DNA of 64,000 bases from Octopus sinensis (lineage: Eukaryota): positions 82,708,001-82,772,000 of the forward strand of contig NC_043004.1 of the NCBI RefSeq assembly GCF_006345805.1, given 5' to 3'. Position 1 is the stretch's first letter. Each line of letters starts with the position of its first letter. Below are positions 40,771-54,887 of the stretch, in pieces. The position numbers and the translations under genes were made by a program. A model generated the notes under the pieces. The model ran no database searches. It was not told the origin of the DNA and saw nothing but the letters and a program-made list of their open reading frames with translations.

Positions 40771-41724
40771 ATGAAAGAAAATCAAACGCAGTTCTTAAAA
40801 ATGTTGGAATTATATCGAAATATTCGGAATATTCGGAAATATTTTATGAATAAATCAATGCTGAAAGCACTCGAGTTTAAAGCAATTTGCTTGTCTGCAT
40901 TTTACTTGCTGTACCTCGTGTATTTGATTGTGAACCCGATTCGACATCTTGTGGATATAATACAACTGCAGAATACTACCACAGGTGGAATGCTTGTGTA
41001 TTTTTACATATTAATTTACAGGTGTTACTTATCTCTTTTCTTTTTCGCGAAAATGTTAAAGGATTCTGACGACAATCAACTCTTTGAAAATTTTGCCGAA
41101 CTTGAAACTGACGAGGAAGATAGAAAATATTATAACACTAATTCAGTATATTCACATACAACTTTCTTTGTATTTATATTCACCCCTCTCTTTCTCGATG
41201 TCTGTGTAGACATCATTTTTCCGCTCTGCAGCAACGATTTTCTGACATTTTTAATATTTCCTCTTCCAACATACAATAAATATCATATACTAGTTTTAAT
41301 AATACAGACTATATTCAATGGCATCTCTCTGGTGATTGTGTTATTAGACCTCTATATAGACTTTATAATCAGTATTGCAGCTATTTATGAATTTAACAAA
41401 GTGGCGAAGGAGGCTCAAAGGTGCGTAACGGAACAGCAATCCGACAATACAGGTGTTTTCAAGAAACACAAAAAGATTACAGAAATATGTAACACACACG
41501 ATACTCTAAGCTCAGTACTGAGACTAGTCAACGAATCTCTGCAGATGACATCCGGATTTATCGTACTCTATAGTATAATAAGCTGCTGCCTTGCAACTTA
41601 TGGAATGATAAATTATTCCTTCACAACTAACCTATATACGTATGTTTATGTATTATTCAATGTAAACGTTATGCTGCTCATTTTGTTGGGAATGATTTGG
41701 CTTGGAATTCGTTTAAACAGATCG
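40771..41724 (+). CDS. GR-like chemoreceptor exon copy 7, intact
   Basis: 318 codons, MKENQTQFLKM...WLGIRLNRS|GTAAGT. Confidence 0.8.
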
Positions 41725-41949
41725 GTAAGTGTTATAAGTTTTCTATATGATAACCTAGTTGATGTTTTGTATATTCATTCACACGCAGATACTCACACAC
41801 AAAGAAGCACACAGACACACAAACACAATACGAGTAGCTGGTTGTTCAATGTACATACATTCACTCACGCACACAAATATTCAAAGATAGGCATACTCAC
41901 ACACAGACACACGCACATGCATAGATTTACCAGGTGACATATTTACTTT

Positions 41950-42165
41950 ATTATTTCCAACAGTCTGATTCGTCTCTATGCGACTTTAAACTTTCGCAGA
42001 CTCATCTGCAGAAATCTAGCTTATTTTGGCTTTGGTTTTACAGAATGATGGAACAGAGGGAGACCAAGATGGCAACTCGAAAGTGGGCTCTTATTGGGCA
42101 AGATGGGTCACAGGGTCTTGCAACGTCTGAGATTTCACTTCTAACAACACCTGCCAATAAAGTAA
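41950..42165 (+). other. Duplicated downstream block (paralog ~48335-48500); possible exon or exon relic
   Basis: GATTCG..CTATGCGACTT...TTTCGCAG...FYRM...K..T..WA.IG shared after copies 7 and 8. Copy 7 block ends in AAA|GTAAGT. Confidence 0.35.
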
Positions 42166-42355
42166 GTCTCATCTTGAACTCTCAGATCGACGTGATCCAC
42201 TCATAGCATCTAAGCCGCTGGTCTTGTGACAAGATGTGAAATGAAAAATAGAAAATACTATTGATACAGAAACACCTTTTAATACTCCTTGGTAGTCATT
42301 CTATTATTCACGATTTTAATGGAGATTGGAAGTTACGTATCAAATTTATATTCGA

Positions 42356-42749
42356 CTAGCAGTATCGCCCGGCGTTGCTCGGGTTTGTTTCGACCCTTTA
42401 GAATTGGAACTTTTGAAAAGTAAAAACAATTGCATCATGCATTTTGTTATTCTCTTTAAGTGAATATTTTTCTGGTTGAAATACACCGAAAAATGGCGGC
42501 ACAGCAGTCAAATAATCGTAGAAAATAGGGTTTTTCATAGAAAAAAAGAGTACCTTTTGATGTAAATAATTTTTGGTGTTAACATGGTCCGATTTGATTT
42601 TTTTCTTCTACAGAAAGAAGAGCAAGCCTTCTTCTATCATACTTTTAATTTTGGTCAACTTGCACCACAGGGTCTCGGAGGAGATAGTGTTAGTTGAAGT
42701 CTACCAACCCTGCCATACACAGACAACTTCAGCTTTATATATAGAGAGA
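42356..42749 (-). mobile_element. Non-autonomous Helitron (same family as 20261-20647)
   Basis: Inverted homolog with TC start, CTAG end and AT target. Confidence 0.75.
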
Positions 42750-43399
42750 TTTATTTCACTATTTAGTTTTTGAAGCCATGTCCTTCCAGTAGAAAGGATT
42801 TTAAAATTTATTCTCAGATTTCTTCCTCCTTGTCATTGCCCCCAGCATTTAAACAGATTTATTTGGACAACAAATTCCTTCTTCCTGAATTATGAGTAAC
42901 AATCTCATTCGTTAATGTAGAATTGATTTTTGTGTATGATATGCACAGCTATTTATTGTGACATTTAGTATATGGTCTTTCGCGTTGTTAGGGATTTTTC
43001 TTTTGATTTTATCATACGGTAATGGTTCCCTAGAATATTTTACGTCTGATATGAGTTCTGAATAGCTACGAATCTGGGGCATGGCCAAATGATAAGAAAC
43101 TAGCTTAACAACCACGTGATTCCGGTTTCAGTCCAACTGTGTGGTATGTTAGGAAATTGCGTACGTCTTTAGCATCGGGCCGCCCAAAAGCATTGTTAAA
43201 TTCACAAAATACTAATATATATGTGTTTGTATAAACTGTTGAGAAATTGACACATGAGTCATATAAGCCTTGGATGGTAATCTCCCTTGAGATGGTGTCT
43301 CGTATGTAAAAAATATCTGGATGTAGGAGAGGCGATCCGCTTCAGTATCAGCTACAGAAAGAATTGCCATAGCGTCCAGTTGCAGCGCCAGGGTTCGAG

Positions 43400-45730
43400 C
43401 ACCTGCTTCTTCAGTTCTAAATTCTCATCTTTTTTCCATGTGATGTATGACCAGCTACTTCTAAACTCTTAGAGCGTGGTAGCTGTGAAGAGGTAGATGT
43501 AGATGCAGGATAAACCAACAAACTTATAAAGTGCAAAAGACCTGTTGCCTGCAGCACTTTTAATTTACGAACTTTATCAAAACAAGAAGAACAAATTTGA
43601 TATACTGAACACCCAAGAACACAAGAATCATCACCCTGATGCAGATTTGAAGTATACCAATCTTGATAGATACCAACTTATTACGACCTCTGCTATTAAA
43701 ACTCCCTGGGCTCCACTATAGGCGGTGCTGGTATACTCCTGTCTCCAAGAGCCACAGAGAACTTGCTCTCTGTTGAGAAAATATCTGACTGCCGATAGAT
43801 AGAAAGACGAAGATAAAATAGAGATAAGAGAATAAAATACACGTAGAAGTACATAGAAATTGTTGCCGAGCTGAGTATTAATCCTCTATCCACATTAATT
43901 GCGCGTTACTGCCCACGTGATGAGAAATTTGCACATGTGATGAGGAAGGGAGTAAAGGAACGTGTCCCTTCCCACAACCTCCTTGTTATAGCAGGTGATT
44001 TTAATGGCCAAATATGGAGGGATGATTCGCTCTTCACCTATAGCAAGCAGACTGACCACAACAGGATAAAATGGAATGATTTTCTTCACGAGTTCCAAAA
44101 TCAGATTTTTCTCAGAGTTCCAAAAACGTTCATGAAACACCCAAAACGGTTGTGGGCATTTCAGCACCCATCTGAAACTTATGCACAAATAGACTACATA
44201 CTTGTAAGAAACAAGTGGAAGAATAGTGCCCGAAATCCACAGAAATACTCCTCCTTCGCATTTATTGGCTCAGATCATCAAAACCACCAGTCCCAAACCC
44301 CATGAAGTAGATAGTCTGGTCCAAAGTATCATCAGATAAAGTCTTAGGACACTCATTTGCAATATATTTTAAAAACCGTTTTGAAATGCTCTCAGAGTAC
44401 ACTGACAACATTGAAACACAATATGATAAGCTCATAGCAGCCCACATAAGAAATTGACCTTTGAAAACTACTAAAGAAGGTAAGAATAACGCTCAGTTCA
44501 ATTCATGCAGATGTCCGTGTGTGAGAAGCAAGGAAGCATCTACAAACATCGAAATTTGAGATGAAGTGAGGCCTGATAAAAATAACTTCAAAGATGCTTC
44601 GCCAACTGGTTTGACCACTTTCAGAAACTTTTTGGAGAACCACCACCAACTAGCGGTCGTCCACTTCCTCTATGCCAAATATCGAATGTATTAGACATGA
44701 ACACGAAGCTTTCCACGTTGGATGAGCTCAAAGTAGCTCTCAGTACTTTTGCTAACAATAAGTCTCCAGAACTCGATAACATACCAATATTACTGTGGAG
44801 GGATCTAATATTTCATGAAACCTTCCTTGGTTTCTGCAATGACACATATGCACATCATTGACCTCCATCACCTTGGTTGGAGCGGGGAATTGTCCCTGTC
44901 CCCCCCCCCCCAAAAAAAGGTGATATAACAAGTGCTGTAAATTACAGAGGCATTACTCTGATCCCGATTACAGCAAAAGTTTATAACAAACTTCTGATTA
45001 ATAGCATTGCACCTATGCTCGATCCACTTCTTCGTAAGAATCAGAATGGATTTAGAACGGGTCGGTCAACAACTGCTCAAATCTTCTCCATCCGACACAT
45101 AGAAGAAGAAATGAAAAAGTTTAACAAGAGCGTCATAATCGGTTTTGTCGACTTTCAGTAGGCATTTGATTCCATCAGCAGAGATCTTATACTTAAAATA
45201 TTTGCACTCTATGGTATTCCCCCAGGATTGTTGATGCTATCAGAGCGCTGTATACAAACACCACTGCAACAGTTATATCTCCTGATGGAGAGACTGATTC
45301 CTTTGATGTTGAAGCAGGTGTACCGCAGGTTGACACACTCTCACCTTTCTTGTCAATCATTATTCTCGACTATGTTCTGCTCAGTTCCAAAGACGGTATG
45401 GAGGAAAAGGACTCCATTTAAAACCCCGCCAGAGCAGGCGGCATTGTGCACACTATTTAACTGATTTTGACATTGGTGACGATCTTGCCTTGATATCCCA
45501 TTGTTTTAAAGATGCAAAATATTTGCTACATGCACTAGAGAAAACAGCAAAGCAGGTCGGCCTATATTGCAACGGAAGTAAGATAGAGTGTACCACGACC
45601 TCTTCCAAATTAACGGAACATAAATCGCTCAATAATATATCAATCAAAATCATTGACGACTTCAAATACGTAGCTTCACACATAGTAGACCCCCAAAAGG
45701 CCTTTTGCAAAGGACTTTCTCCGGAAAACT
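43400..45730 (+). mobile_element. Degraded RTE-clade LINE (APE + RT)
   Basis: QEHKNHH, IAGDFNG, AQIDYILV, GSDH; PKKGD..NYRGITL, QNGFRTGRST, FVDFQ*AFDSI, GDDLALI; many stops and frameshifts. Confidence 0.82.
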
Positions 45731-46287
45731 GACATTTCTAGATAAGTTATCTTGGGACTCAGTGCTGCATATTAGAGATCTGAACACAGCAATGCAGGAC
45801 CATATAGTGTGGAAAAGGGCTGTCAATGGTGTTCAGACCAACCATAGATTGGTCGAAGGATACTAATGACAAGCATTTATATAATATTCTTTGTGTAGTT
45901 TCATTAGCTTCATTTTGTGTGGACCATAGTTCGTCGAAGTTGTCAAACGACTGGGGACGAATGCACCCCAAAGAGCAATCAAAGATTTTTTTTTCAATCG
46001 TTCTGTAAGTTCTAAGGATCCATCTGCTCAACCGCCTGCATTTTATTGCCAGTTTTATTATTAGCAGGTTTCATTAATAAAGAAACATGCCTAGGCTGGT
46101 TGTTAATTAACGACACCTATAATTATTGTCAATAAAGAGATCTATAATTTTGATTTCTTAATTATCGTTCATGATGAGTACACACCCACACAGTAAACAC
46201 TTGCTTTTATACATGCACTCACAAGTATAAAGATATATATATATGTGTATATATATATATACATTTACATATATACATATATATATG

Positions 46288-46320
<33 letters not shown>

Positions 46321-46329
46321 ATGTATGTA

Positions 46330-46424
<95 letters not shown>

Positions 46425-46676
46425 CATGAGAGAGAGAGAGAGAAATGGCTATGTATACCTGTATAGGCGTACATACACATATAGTTCTATGTGTATGTGT
46501 ACTTGTGCTCGTACAGATGCATAACTGTTTATGTATCAAATGTAAATACGAAAATGTATTTGATTTTCATTTACAAATTGGTATTGATTATCTTAGTAAG
46601 TGCTGACACGTATTATGTTTACATGACAATAAAATGTTCAAAACAAGGGCACCCAATCAACATTATCTACAATTGC

Positions 46677-46754
<78 letters not shown>

Positions 46755-47167
46755 CCTCATTATTATTATCATCATTATTAGTATTATAATTATTATTCCT
46801 ATTTCGTCAACGTACATAATATATAAGACGAGAAAATTAATTATTGTTCGTATAGATATAATGAATTAAGACCAATACGTCATCGCAGTTCTTCCTCTCG
46901 AAATGGTTTTAATAGTGTTACAACCTAATACCAGATATATTTTATAAAGAGCCGTAACTATAGAACTGTAATACTGTCTAAATGATAAATATTTTATTTT
47001 GCTATCGGATGTTGATTATATTTCCCTGGTGGAGTCAATTACAAGCAGAAATTTCCAAGTAGAAACAGTGGGGAATTAAAAACACATTTACACATCGTGT
47101 GGTCCTGGACAAAGTGTTCATCCGTGTGAAAGCAAACGTCTATCAACACAAAGAAATTAGACTAAGC

Positions 47168-48124
47168 ATGAAAGCAAATCAAACACAATTCTTTAAAATG
47201 TTGGAGTTATATCGAAATATTCGGAATATTCGGAAATATATCATGAATAAATCAATGCTGAAAGCACTCGAGTTTAAAGCAATTTGCCTGTCTGCATTTT
47301 ACTTGCTGTACCTCGTGTATTTGATTATGAACCCGATTCGATATCTTGTGGCTTTAATACAACTGCCGAATACTACCACAGGCGACATATTTATGTATGC
47401 TTACATAATATTTTTCAAGTGTTATTTATCTTTTTGCTGTTTGGTGAAATTCATCAGAGATTCTAACGACACGAAACTAATTGAAAATTTCGCCCATCTT
47501 GAAACTGAAGAAGAAGATAAAAAATATTATAACACTAATCTAATATATTCACGTACTGCATTATATGTATATTTATTCGGGCCTCTCATTTTCTTAATAT
47601 GCTTGGAACTGATTTTTCCGCTCTGCAGCAACGATTTTCTTATGTTTATAACATTCCCTGTACCAACAAATAATACATATTATTACGTTCCAGTTTTTGC
47701 AATAGAAATCTTATCCGATTGCATCTCACTGGCGAACGTCTTATTAGAACTCTATATAAGCCTTATAATCAGTATTACACTTATTTATGAGTTTAACAAA
47801 GTGGCGAAGGAGGCTCACCGATTTGTTAAGGAACAGCAGTCAGGTAAGCCTATTTTTTTGAAGAAACACAGAGAGATTACAGAAATATGCAACACGCACG
47901 ATACCCTAACCAGAATGATGAGGTTTATCAATGAGTCAGCGCAAATAACAACTGGATTTATTGTACTTGGTAGCATAATAAGCAGCTGTATTGCAACTTA
48001 TGGTATAATAAATAATTATTTGGAAACTGACCTGTACAAATTTATTTACGTATTACTGATGACAGCCAATAACATAATGTATTTGATTGTAACGATTTGG
48101 TGTGGAATTCGTTTAAACACATCG
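47168..48124 (+). CDS. GR-like chemoreceptor exon copy 8, intact
   Basis: 319 codons, MKANQTQFFKM...WCGIRLNTS|GTAAGT. Confidence 0.8.
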
Positions 48125-48204
48125 GTAAGTGTTATAAGATTTATATATATACGATTACGTATTTGATCTATGTACATGCATTCGCACTCCCACACTCACA
48201 CAAA

Positions 48205-48251
<47 letters not shown>

Positions 48252-48499
48252 ACATGCATACACAGACGTGCCAACGCACACACACACTCAAATACACACA
48301 CACACACACATTTAGAAGGACTTATATTAATATTTGAAGCAACTTGATTCGGTTCTATGCGACTTAAAATTTCGCAGGCTCATTTTACAGAAACCTATCT
48401 TGTTCAGGCTCAATTTTACCGAATGGAAGACTGCAAGAAACCCAAGATAGAAACTGGAAATTGGGCTGTTATCGGGCTAGAACTGGTGTGTTCGAAATT

Positions 48500-49400
48500 G
48501 ACAACTCATTTCATTTCAGCTCTTTGTCTATATCTAATTTTTCTTGCCGTCCATGCATCTCTACTCTGAAAATGCAAAGGTTATGTGCCTATCTCTTTCT
48601 GTCAATATAACTGTCTCCCCCTCCATCTCTCTCATTTTAACTTTCTTAAAACCTGTCCCTACTACAGAGAACGGAAGTATTCCTGTATAAGAAAACCGCA
48701 ATTGTTTTGTTGTCACAAGAGGTTTTGTTATTTATACAACTAGTGGAACTTCGACAAAACGAAGAACATTAAGATAAGCTATTTAAGAAAGCTCGATTTG
48801 CATTTATATTTTCATTGTTTTAATTGATTTCACTTCGAAGTTACAAAAATATATAATTTTAAAATTTTCCACTGTTGAGTACTCTTTTCCTCCAACTCTT
48901 CAATAAACATTTTAACCGTGTAATTCCCCTTTTCATTTCGTTAACATTACTCTCTTTCTCATTATCTCTGATTTCCACTCCCCAGATGAGTGACAGCAAA
49001 ATGCTTCGGCTGCCTGTCTGCTCTCGCGCAGACTCTCACATTCCCTCTTTCTCTCTCTCACTCACCCCCGCTCCTCATCTGTAACAAACTGAAGCGTAAC
49101 GTGTGAACGAACTGATAGAAGAAAAATATTAGACATTTAATTAAATAAAAAAATTCTTTTCACAATCAACACAACACTACCACCATCACCGTCACCAAAA
49201 CTACCACCACCACCACCACCACCACCATAATCATCATCATCATCATCACTATAGTTTTCAGTAACAAAGCTCATTTCATTTCAGCTCTTTGTCTATATCT
49301 AATTTTTCTTGCCGTCCATGCATCTCTACTCTGAAAATGCAAAGGCTATGTGCCTATCTCTTTCTGTCAATATAACTGTCTCCCCCTCCATCTCTCTCTA
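48500..49400 (+). repeat. ~130-bp direct duplication (48500-48635 and 49270-49400)
   Basis: CTCATTTCATTTCAGCTCTTTGTCTATATC...CCCCTCCATCTCTCT present twice, near-identical. Confidence 0.85.
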
Positions 49401-49679
49401 TCTGCCTTTCTTTAACCTCACCACAAGAACATCACCCTCTACTAAATATTGAATCCTAAACATATCACTTTCCCTTTATCTTTCCTTCCCCATCTTACAG
49501 CTTATTGTTAACACTTCTTGCTCTCTTTTTCTCTCGCCGTATTTTTCTCTCGTTTTTTGCCTCTCCCTTCTACTGACCACGTGATACCTTTGAGCTTATA
49601 GTGTATTAATATTGTATCTTTCTCTCCTTCTTACTCTCTTCTCTACTTCCATTTCTCCCCCTCTCTCTCACTCACTTTT

Positions 49680-49910
49680 ACTCTACCTGTCATTCACTCC
49701 ACCTATCACTCACTCTACCTCTCGCACACTCCACCGCTCACTCAATCCACCTCTTATTCTTTCCACCTCACTCATTCCATGACTCACTCACTCCACATTT
49801 CATTCACTCCATCTCTCACTCACACCATCTCGCATTCACTTCACCTCTCACTCATTCCACATCTCATTCTCACCACATTTTATTCACTCCACTTCTCACT
49901 CACTCATTAC
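49680..49910 (+). repeat. Degenerate CACTCACTCCACCT minisatellite
   Basis: Repeated cactcactc/attcactccac units. Confidence 0.7.
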
Positions 49911-50311
49911 GTGCGAATTAAATTTATTTCTTTATTTTAGGGTTGGACGTTATTAATCAAACACTTCAGAAATAAATTTAATCCGTACGTAATGTTAATA
50001 CTACTATTATTTAATATGAACGTATTAGTTTAAATTAACTTAACATTCGATGTGGCGAGGTATAGTAGTGCGGTGAGTGTGAAAAAAGCGTGGTAATAAT
50101 AAGAAATAAAAGAAAGTAATGCCCCCATAATGAATTTATTTATTTCCTCCAGCATTGTTAGTATTAAGATAATAGGCTAATTAAGTAATAGTTTAAAAGA
50201 AGCAGCAAGTATGTGGGAGTGTAGATACTTTCGCAGAACCTGCGGTATTAAGTTGAAGTTAGCTCGAATTATGACCAGCGGTAGATTGAACATGCATATC
50301 TTTACGATATT

Positions 50312-50547
50312 AAAGGCGGCGAGCTGGCAGAAACGTTAGCACGCCGGGCGAAATTCGTAGCCGTATTTCGTCTGCCGTTACGTTCTGAGTTCAAATTCCG
50401 CCGAGGTCGACTTTGCCTTTCATCCTTTCGGGGTCGATAAATTAAGTACCAGTTACGCACTGGGGTCGATATAATCGACGACTTAATCTGTTTGTCTGTC
50501 CTTGTTTATCCCCTCTGTGTTTAGCACCTTGTGGGTAGTAAAGAAAT
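50312..50547 (+). mobile_element. SINE family A with perfect 16-bp TSD
   Basis: ATATCTTTACGATATT at 50296-50311 and 50548-50563. Confidence 0.92.
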
Positions 50548-51299
50548 ATATCTTTACGATATTTTTTACGTTATAATAACGCTCTAACTTTTACTTTTTA
50601 ACTTAAGTTTATTATATTTTATCATTTAAAAATTTTTTCTGCGTAGATTTCGTTATATATCTTTCTGTACTTTTTATACTTTTTGTATTTTGTCATTCAT
50701 TCGTATTTGTTTACGTCCACTTTTATCTATAGTATTTATTCGAATATATATTTCTTTGTCGCTGTTTATTTTATCATTATTATATTATATATTATTTTCA
50801 TTATTATATCATAGTCTTCATTCCTACATATTCTTAATTCGTATGTATGTTCCTAGGCATAAGTCACGTTTGATTTTAGTTTAAAAAGTTTAATTAATTA
50901 AATTATGGCTTGCATGGCAAGGTTCGGCGAATTTATTTGCACACCCGCATGTTTGTTAGTTACATTCGTAACTGATAAAATATTTAAAAATATAGGAATA
51001 GTTATAGAATTATAAATAAGTTATGGAGAGTCCTGATGATTGGGGTTGCAGTTAAGACATGTTTCTGGAAAAGACTGAGGGTCTCGAGAACATTAAACGC
51101 ACCTCATTAAACATGAGTAGAAGAGAAATTTAGAACTGATATAGTAAGTATTAAAATAAAATTCTATGAAATGGTGTGATGTATATTAGGATTTGATGAA
51201 TTGCATGGGGATTTCTATTTCTAAATGACATATTTTGTAATCGAGAATAATTCAATTTATTTGAATTCCTGTGACGCTGGAAATTTTATTCCCTATATA

Positions 51300-52044
51300 C
51301 GAGGGACGTTCAATAAGTAATGCCTCTGACCCACTTGCAGTTATTTGATCTAGCTGAAATTTTGCATGTGCAATTCTTCATATCTCTATAGATTGAGTGG
51401 CAAATTACAGCTCTGAACTAATTGTAGTTTCTGATTTACAGGTGTTTGAACTGAGTCAAGTGTGAAATGGAGCCTGTTGAGTGTCGAGCAGTGATCCGGT
51501 TTTTGTATTTGAAAGGACGCACACCACGGGAGACTTTTGGTGAAATGAAAGTAACTTATGGTGATGATGCCCCATCATATGACCTTGTAAAACGCTGGCA
51601 TCGTGAATTCAGAAGCCTATTATGCTTCACTTTTGAGGAAATTAAGAGAAGCTATCAAAATCAAAGAGCGGGGCAAGATCAGCAAAGGCATCGACAATGC
51701 TCCGGTCCACAACTCGCGTGTCGCCAGATCAGGCGTGCGGCTATGAACCCCTCCCCCATCCCTCCTACTCTCCTGACCTTGCACCCTCTTTCCAGCCATG
51801 AAGTTGTTTTTGAAAGGGAAGCATTTCCCAGATGATGCAGCCTTGATTTCTGAAGTCACGTCGTGGTTGGAGGACCAAGCTGAGGTCTTCTACAAAAACG
51901 GTCTCCAGAGCTGCATCAAATGATGGGAGAAATGCGTACCTCTTGGTGGTTCCTATGTAGAAAAAGACTAATAACTGTGCCAAGTTTCGTTGCTCTACTG
52001 CTATGGGAAGTGGGTCAGGGGCATTACTTATTGAACGCCCCTCG
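51300..52044 (+). mobile_element. Internally deleted mariner with intact TIRs and TA TSD
   Basis: TIR CGAGGG(A/G)CGTTCAATAAGTAATGCC(T/C)CTGACCCACTT at both ends. HTH fragment MEPVECRAVIRFLYLKG..WHREF; SPDLAP relic. Confidence 0.92.
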
Positions 52045-52274
52045 TATATAATTTAGGGAATGGAGTTGACAAAATCGAGGCTGTATATACTTCCTAGTGA
52101 GCTGAAACTCGGAAGTAATAAATTAACCAAAAGAGGGGTAGACTCCAAGCTACTCTTCAGGCCAAGGACATCTTGATTATATGAAGTCTACATTGTCTAC
52201 ATTGTTTAACCCTTAGAAATTCGTTGGGGGGATTTGATCGAAATGGCTTTATAGAAGACTACAGTATTTTATTT

Positions 52275-52720
52275 TCTTTCTTCTATTTGTTTCAGTCATT
52301 TGAAAGCGGTCATGCTATAACACCGCCTTTTGTCAACCAAATCGACCCCAGGATTTATTCTTCGTAAGCCTAGTACTTATTCTATCGGACATCTTTTGCC
52401 GAACCGCTAGTTCATGGGGATGTAAACACACCAATGTCAGTTGTCAAGCGATGGTAGGGTGGGTGATGGGGGACAAGCACAGACACACAGATAGTAGAAG
52501 ACACCTTTGTTGTGTCATCATTATTGTTATTGTTCATAAGGCGGCGCGCTGGCAGAATCGTTAGCAAGCTGGACGAAATGCCTATCGGTATTTCGCCCGT
52601 CGCAACAATCTGCGGTCCAGTTCCGCCGAGGTTGACTTTGCCTTTCATCCTTTAGGGGTGAATAAATTAAGTACCGGTGAAACACTGTGTTTGATATCAT
52701 CAACTAGTCCACTCCTAACA
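52275..52720. mobile_element. Adjacent SINE B tail (minus) and SINE A (plus) copies
   Basis: TTTCAGTCATTTG..CGGTCATGCT and GGCGCGCTGGCAGAATCGTTAGC motifs. Confidence 0.75.
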
Positions 52721-52919
52721 AATGTGCTCAGTTATTCTGTCTCGATTCGCGGTTAGTGAGACATTACCCTCGAACAGTGGTCCTATTTTATATTGTATTC
52801 TGGCTGATTCTTTTGTAAAAGCTTTAGGTTTCGTTTTTATGCATTCCAGAGATCTCTTCCCTCCGTATGCTATTTCCTTTTCATGAGAGAGTTTGATCTT
52901 TCTTTCTAGGAGATTTCTA

Positions 52920-53245
52920 GGACTGTCTGTATTAAAGTAAACATCTCCCTATTATTCAATTGTGTTTTCAACCGGTTTGCGACCTTTGATTTGGGTTTCA
53001 TAAAAAGTTTTTCTCTCTCAGGGAATCTTCTTTGTCGGCATGCTGGATTGACCGCGTGTGTACCGTTGGCGATTTTTTTCCCCTGTCTTCCCTTCTCTGG
53101 ATCTTTCCTTCTCCTAAGTTTCCGACGAAGAGCTCCGCTCGAAACGTTAAACCCTCCTTCTTCCCTTCCTTCCTGAGCGTCCAATAATACTATATTTTTT
53201 CCACGTCCTCGCGTTGTTGTGTTTTCTCTTTGTGTTTTCATGTTT
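52920..53245 (+). mobile_element. Penelope-like terminal fragment with hammerhead-like motif (53118-53152)
   Basis: GTTT-CCGACGA-AGAGC TCC GCTC-GAAACGTT-AAAC; same stem II as the 39.3-kb motif. Confidence 0.5.
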
Positions 53246-53249
53246 GGAT

Positions 53250-53283
<34 letters not shown>

Positions 53284-53333
53284 AAAAGATATATAGATAC
53301 ATAGATACACACACATACACACACACATATACA

Positions 53334-53376
<43 letters not shown>

Positions 53377-53810
53377 CTGGATCATCATAAATTAAAAACG
53401 TAAACTCACTCAAGTTATAGAGCAGTAGAAAATTTAGATAAAGATACATATGGCTAGCCTATGGGGTTAGCCTGGGTTTCGCGTCTATAAAGCGCTTAGC
53501 TTTACAGCATATGATCAGACCCTAAGCATGTCGCCTTATGGTCTATAATCTCACTTGCCCGGTCTATCTGTCTACCTACCTATCTATTTCCTTTTCACCT
53601 CCCCTTTTTTTCACTCCCTTTTTTACTTTCACGATTCTTTTTCATCGGAACTTGCCACCCTTTTTTCTTTCCCCTTCTCTTTTTCTAGTTTGTATTTTCT
53701 CCCTTCTGTGTTTAGCCCTGCGTGGCCAATAAAGAAATCTATCAATCAATCAATCATTCAATCAATCAAACAATCAATCTATCTATCTAATTATCCATCC
53801 AACTATCTAC

Positions 53811-53930
<120 letters not shown>

Positions 53931-54223
53931 TTATTCATCTATCAGTCTATCTATCTGTCTATCTATCCATCTATCTATCTATCTATCTAACTCTCTCTTT
54001 ATATATATATATGTGTGTGTGTTAGTTAGTTAGTTAGTTAGTGTGTGTGTGTGTGTGTGTATTTGTATCTCCTCAAGAACGTCGTCGTACTTACCCGCCA
54101 CTAATCCTCTATAAATTTCTAAAGCAGAACAACTACCGATCCCATTGACATCGTGGTAGAGGGCTGTGAACGCCTGAAGACGCTGTAGGTGCCAACAACA
54201 ACAACAACAATGATAGTAGTAGT

Positions 54224-54224
<1 letters not shown>

Positions 54225-54273
<49 letters not shown>

Positions 54274-54336
54274 TAATAATAATAATAATGATAATAATAA
54301 TAATGATAATAATAATAATAATAGTAATAATAATAA

Positions 54337-54410
<74 letters not shown>
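54225..54410. repeat. (AAT)n trinucleotide (also ~46675-46790, 54750-54880, 55095-55160)
   Basis: Read directly from the sequence. Confidence 0.95.
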
Positions 54411-54412
<2 letters not shown>

Positions 54413-54750
54413 TCAAATCCAGCAATTGACAACGTGTCTCTAAAAGAAATGGAGTAACTTTCAAAATACAAAGAACTGGAAATCGAGATAACCCGAATGT
54501 GGAATCTAAAAACAGAAACAATTCGTATCATAGTAGGTGCATTTGATACAAATACATAACAATATCACCAGGACTTACAAACACATATAACATACAGAAA
54601 TTTGCACTACTAGGCACTGCACACATCCTACGCAAAATACTCTCAATACAGTAACCCTCAGAGCATCACAACAAATCCCAACACATAGCCAAGGCACACA
54701 GAGCTGCGCTCGGTAGTGAAGTGAAAGCACGCTATAAAAATAAAACTAGT
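54410..54750 (+). mobile_element. R4/Dong LINE 3' end followed by (AAT)n tail
   Basis: SKYKELEIEITRMWNLKTETIRIIVGAF...IQKFALLGTAHILRK. Confidence 0.75.
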
Positions 54751-54811
54751 GAATAATAATAATAATGATGATAATAATAATAATAACAACAACAACAACA
54801 ACAACAACAAC

Positions 54812-54879
<68 letters not shown>

Positions 54880-54887
54880 TAGTAAAG

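Noticed and set aside
49680-49910. CRISPR-like array
   Set aside because: Eukaryotic context; degenerate minisatellite with no unique spacers or cas genes.
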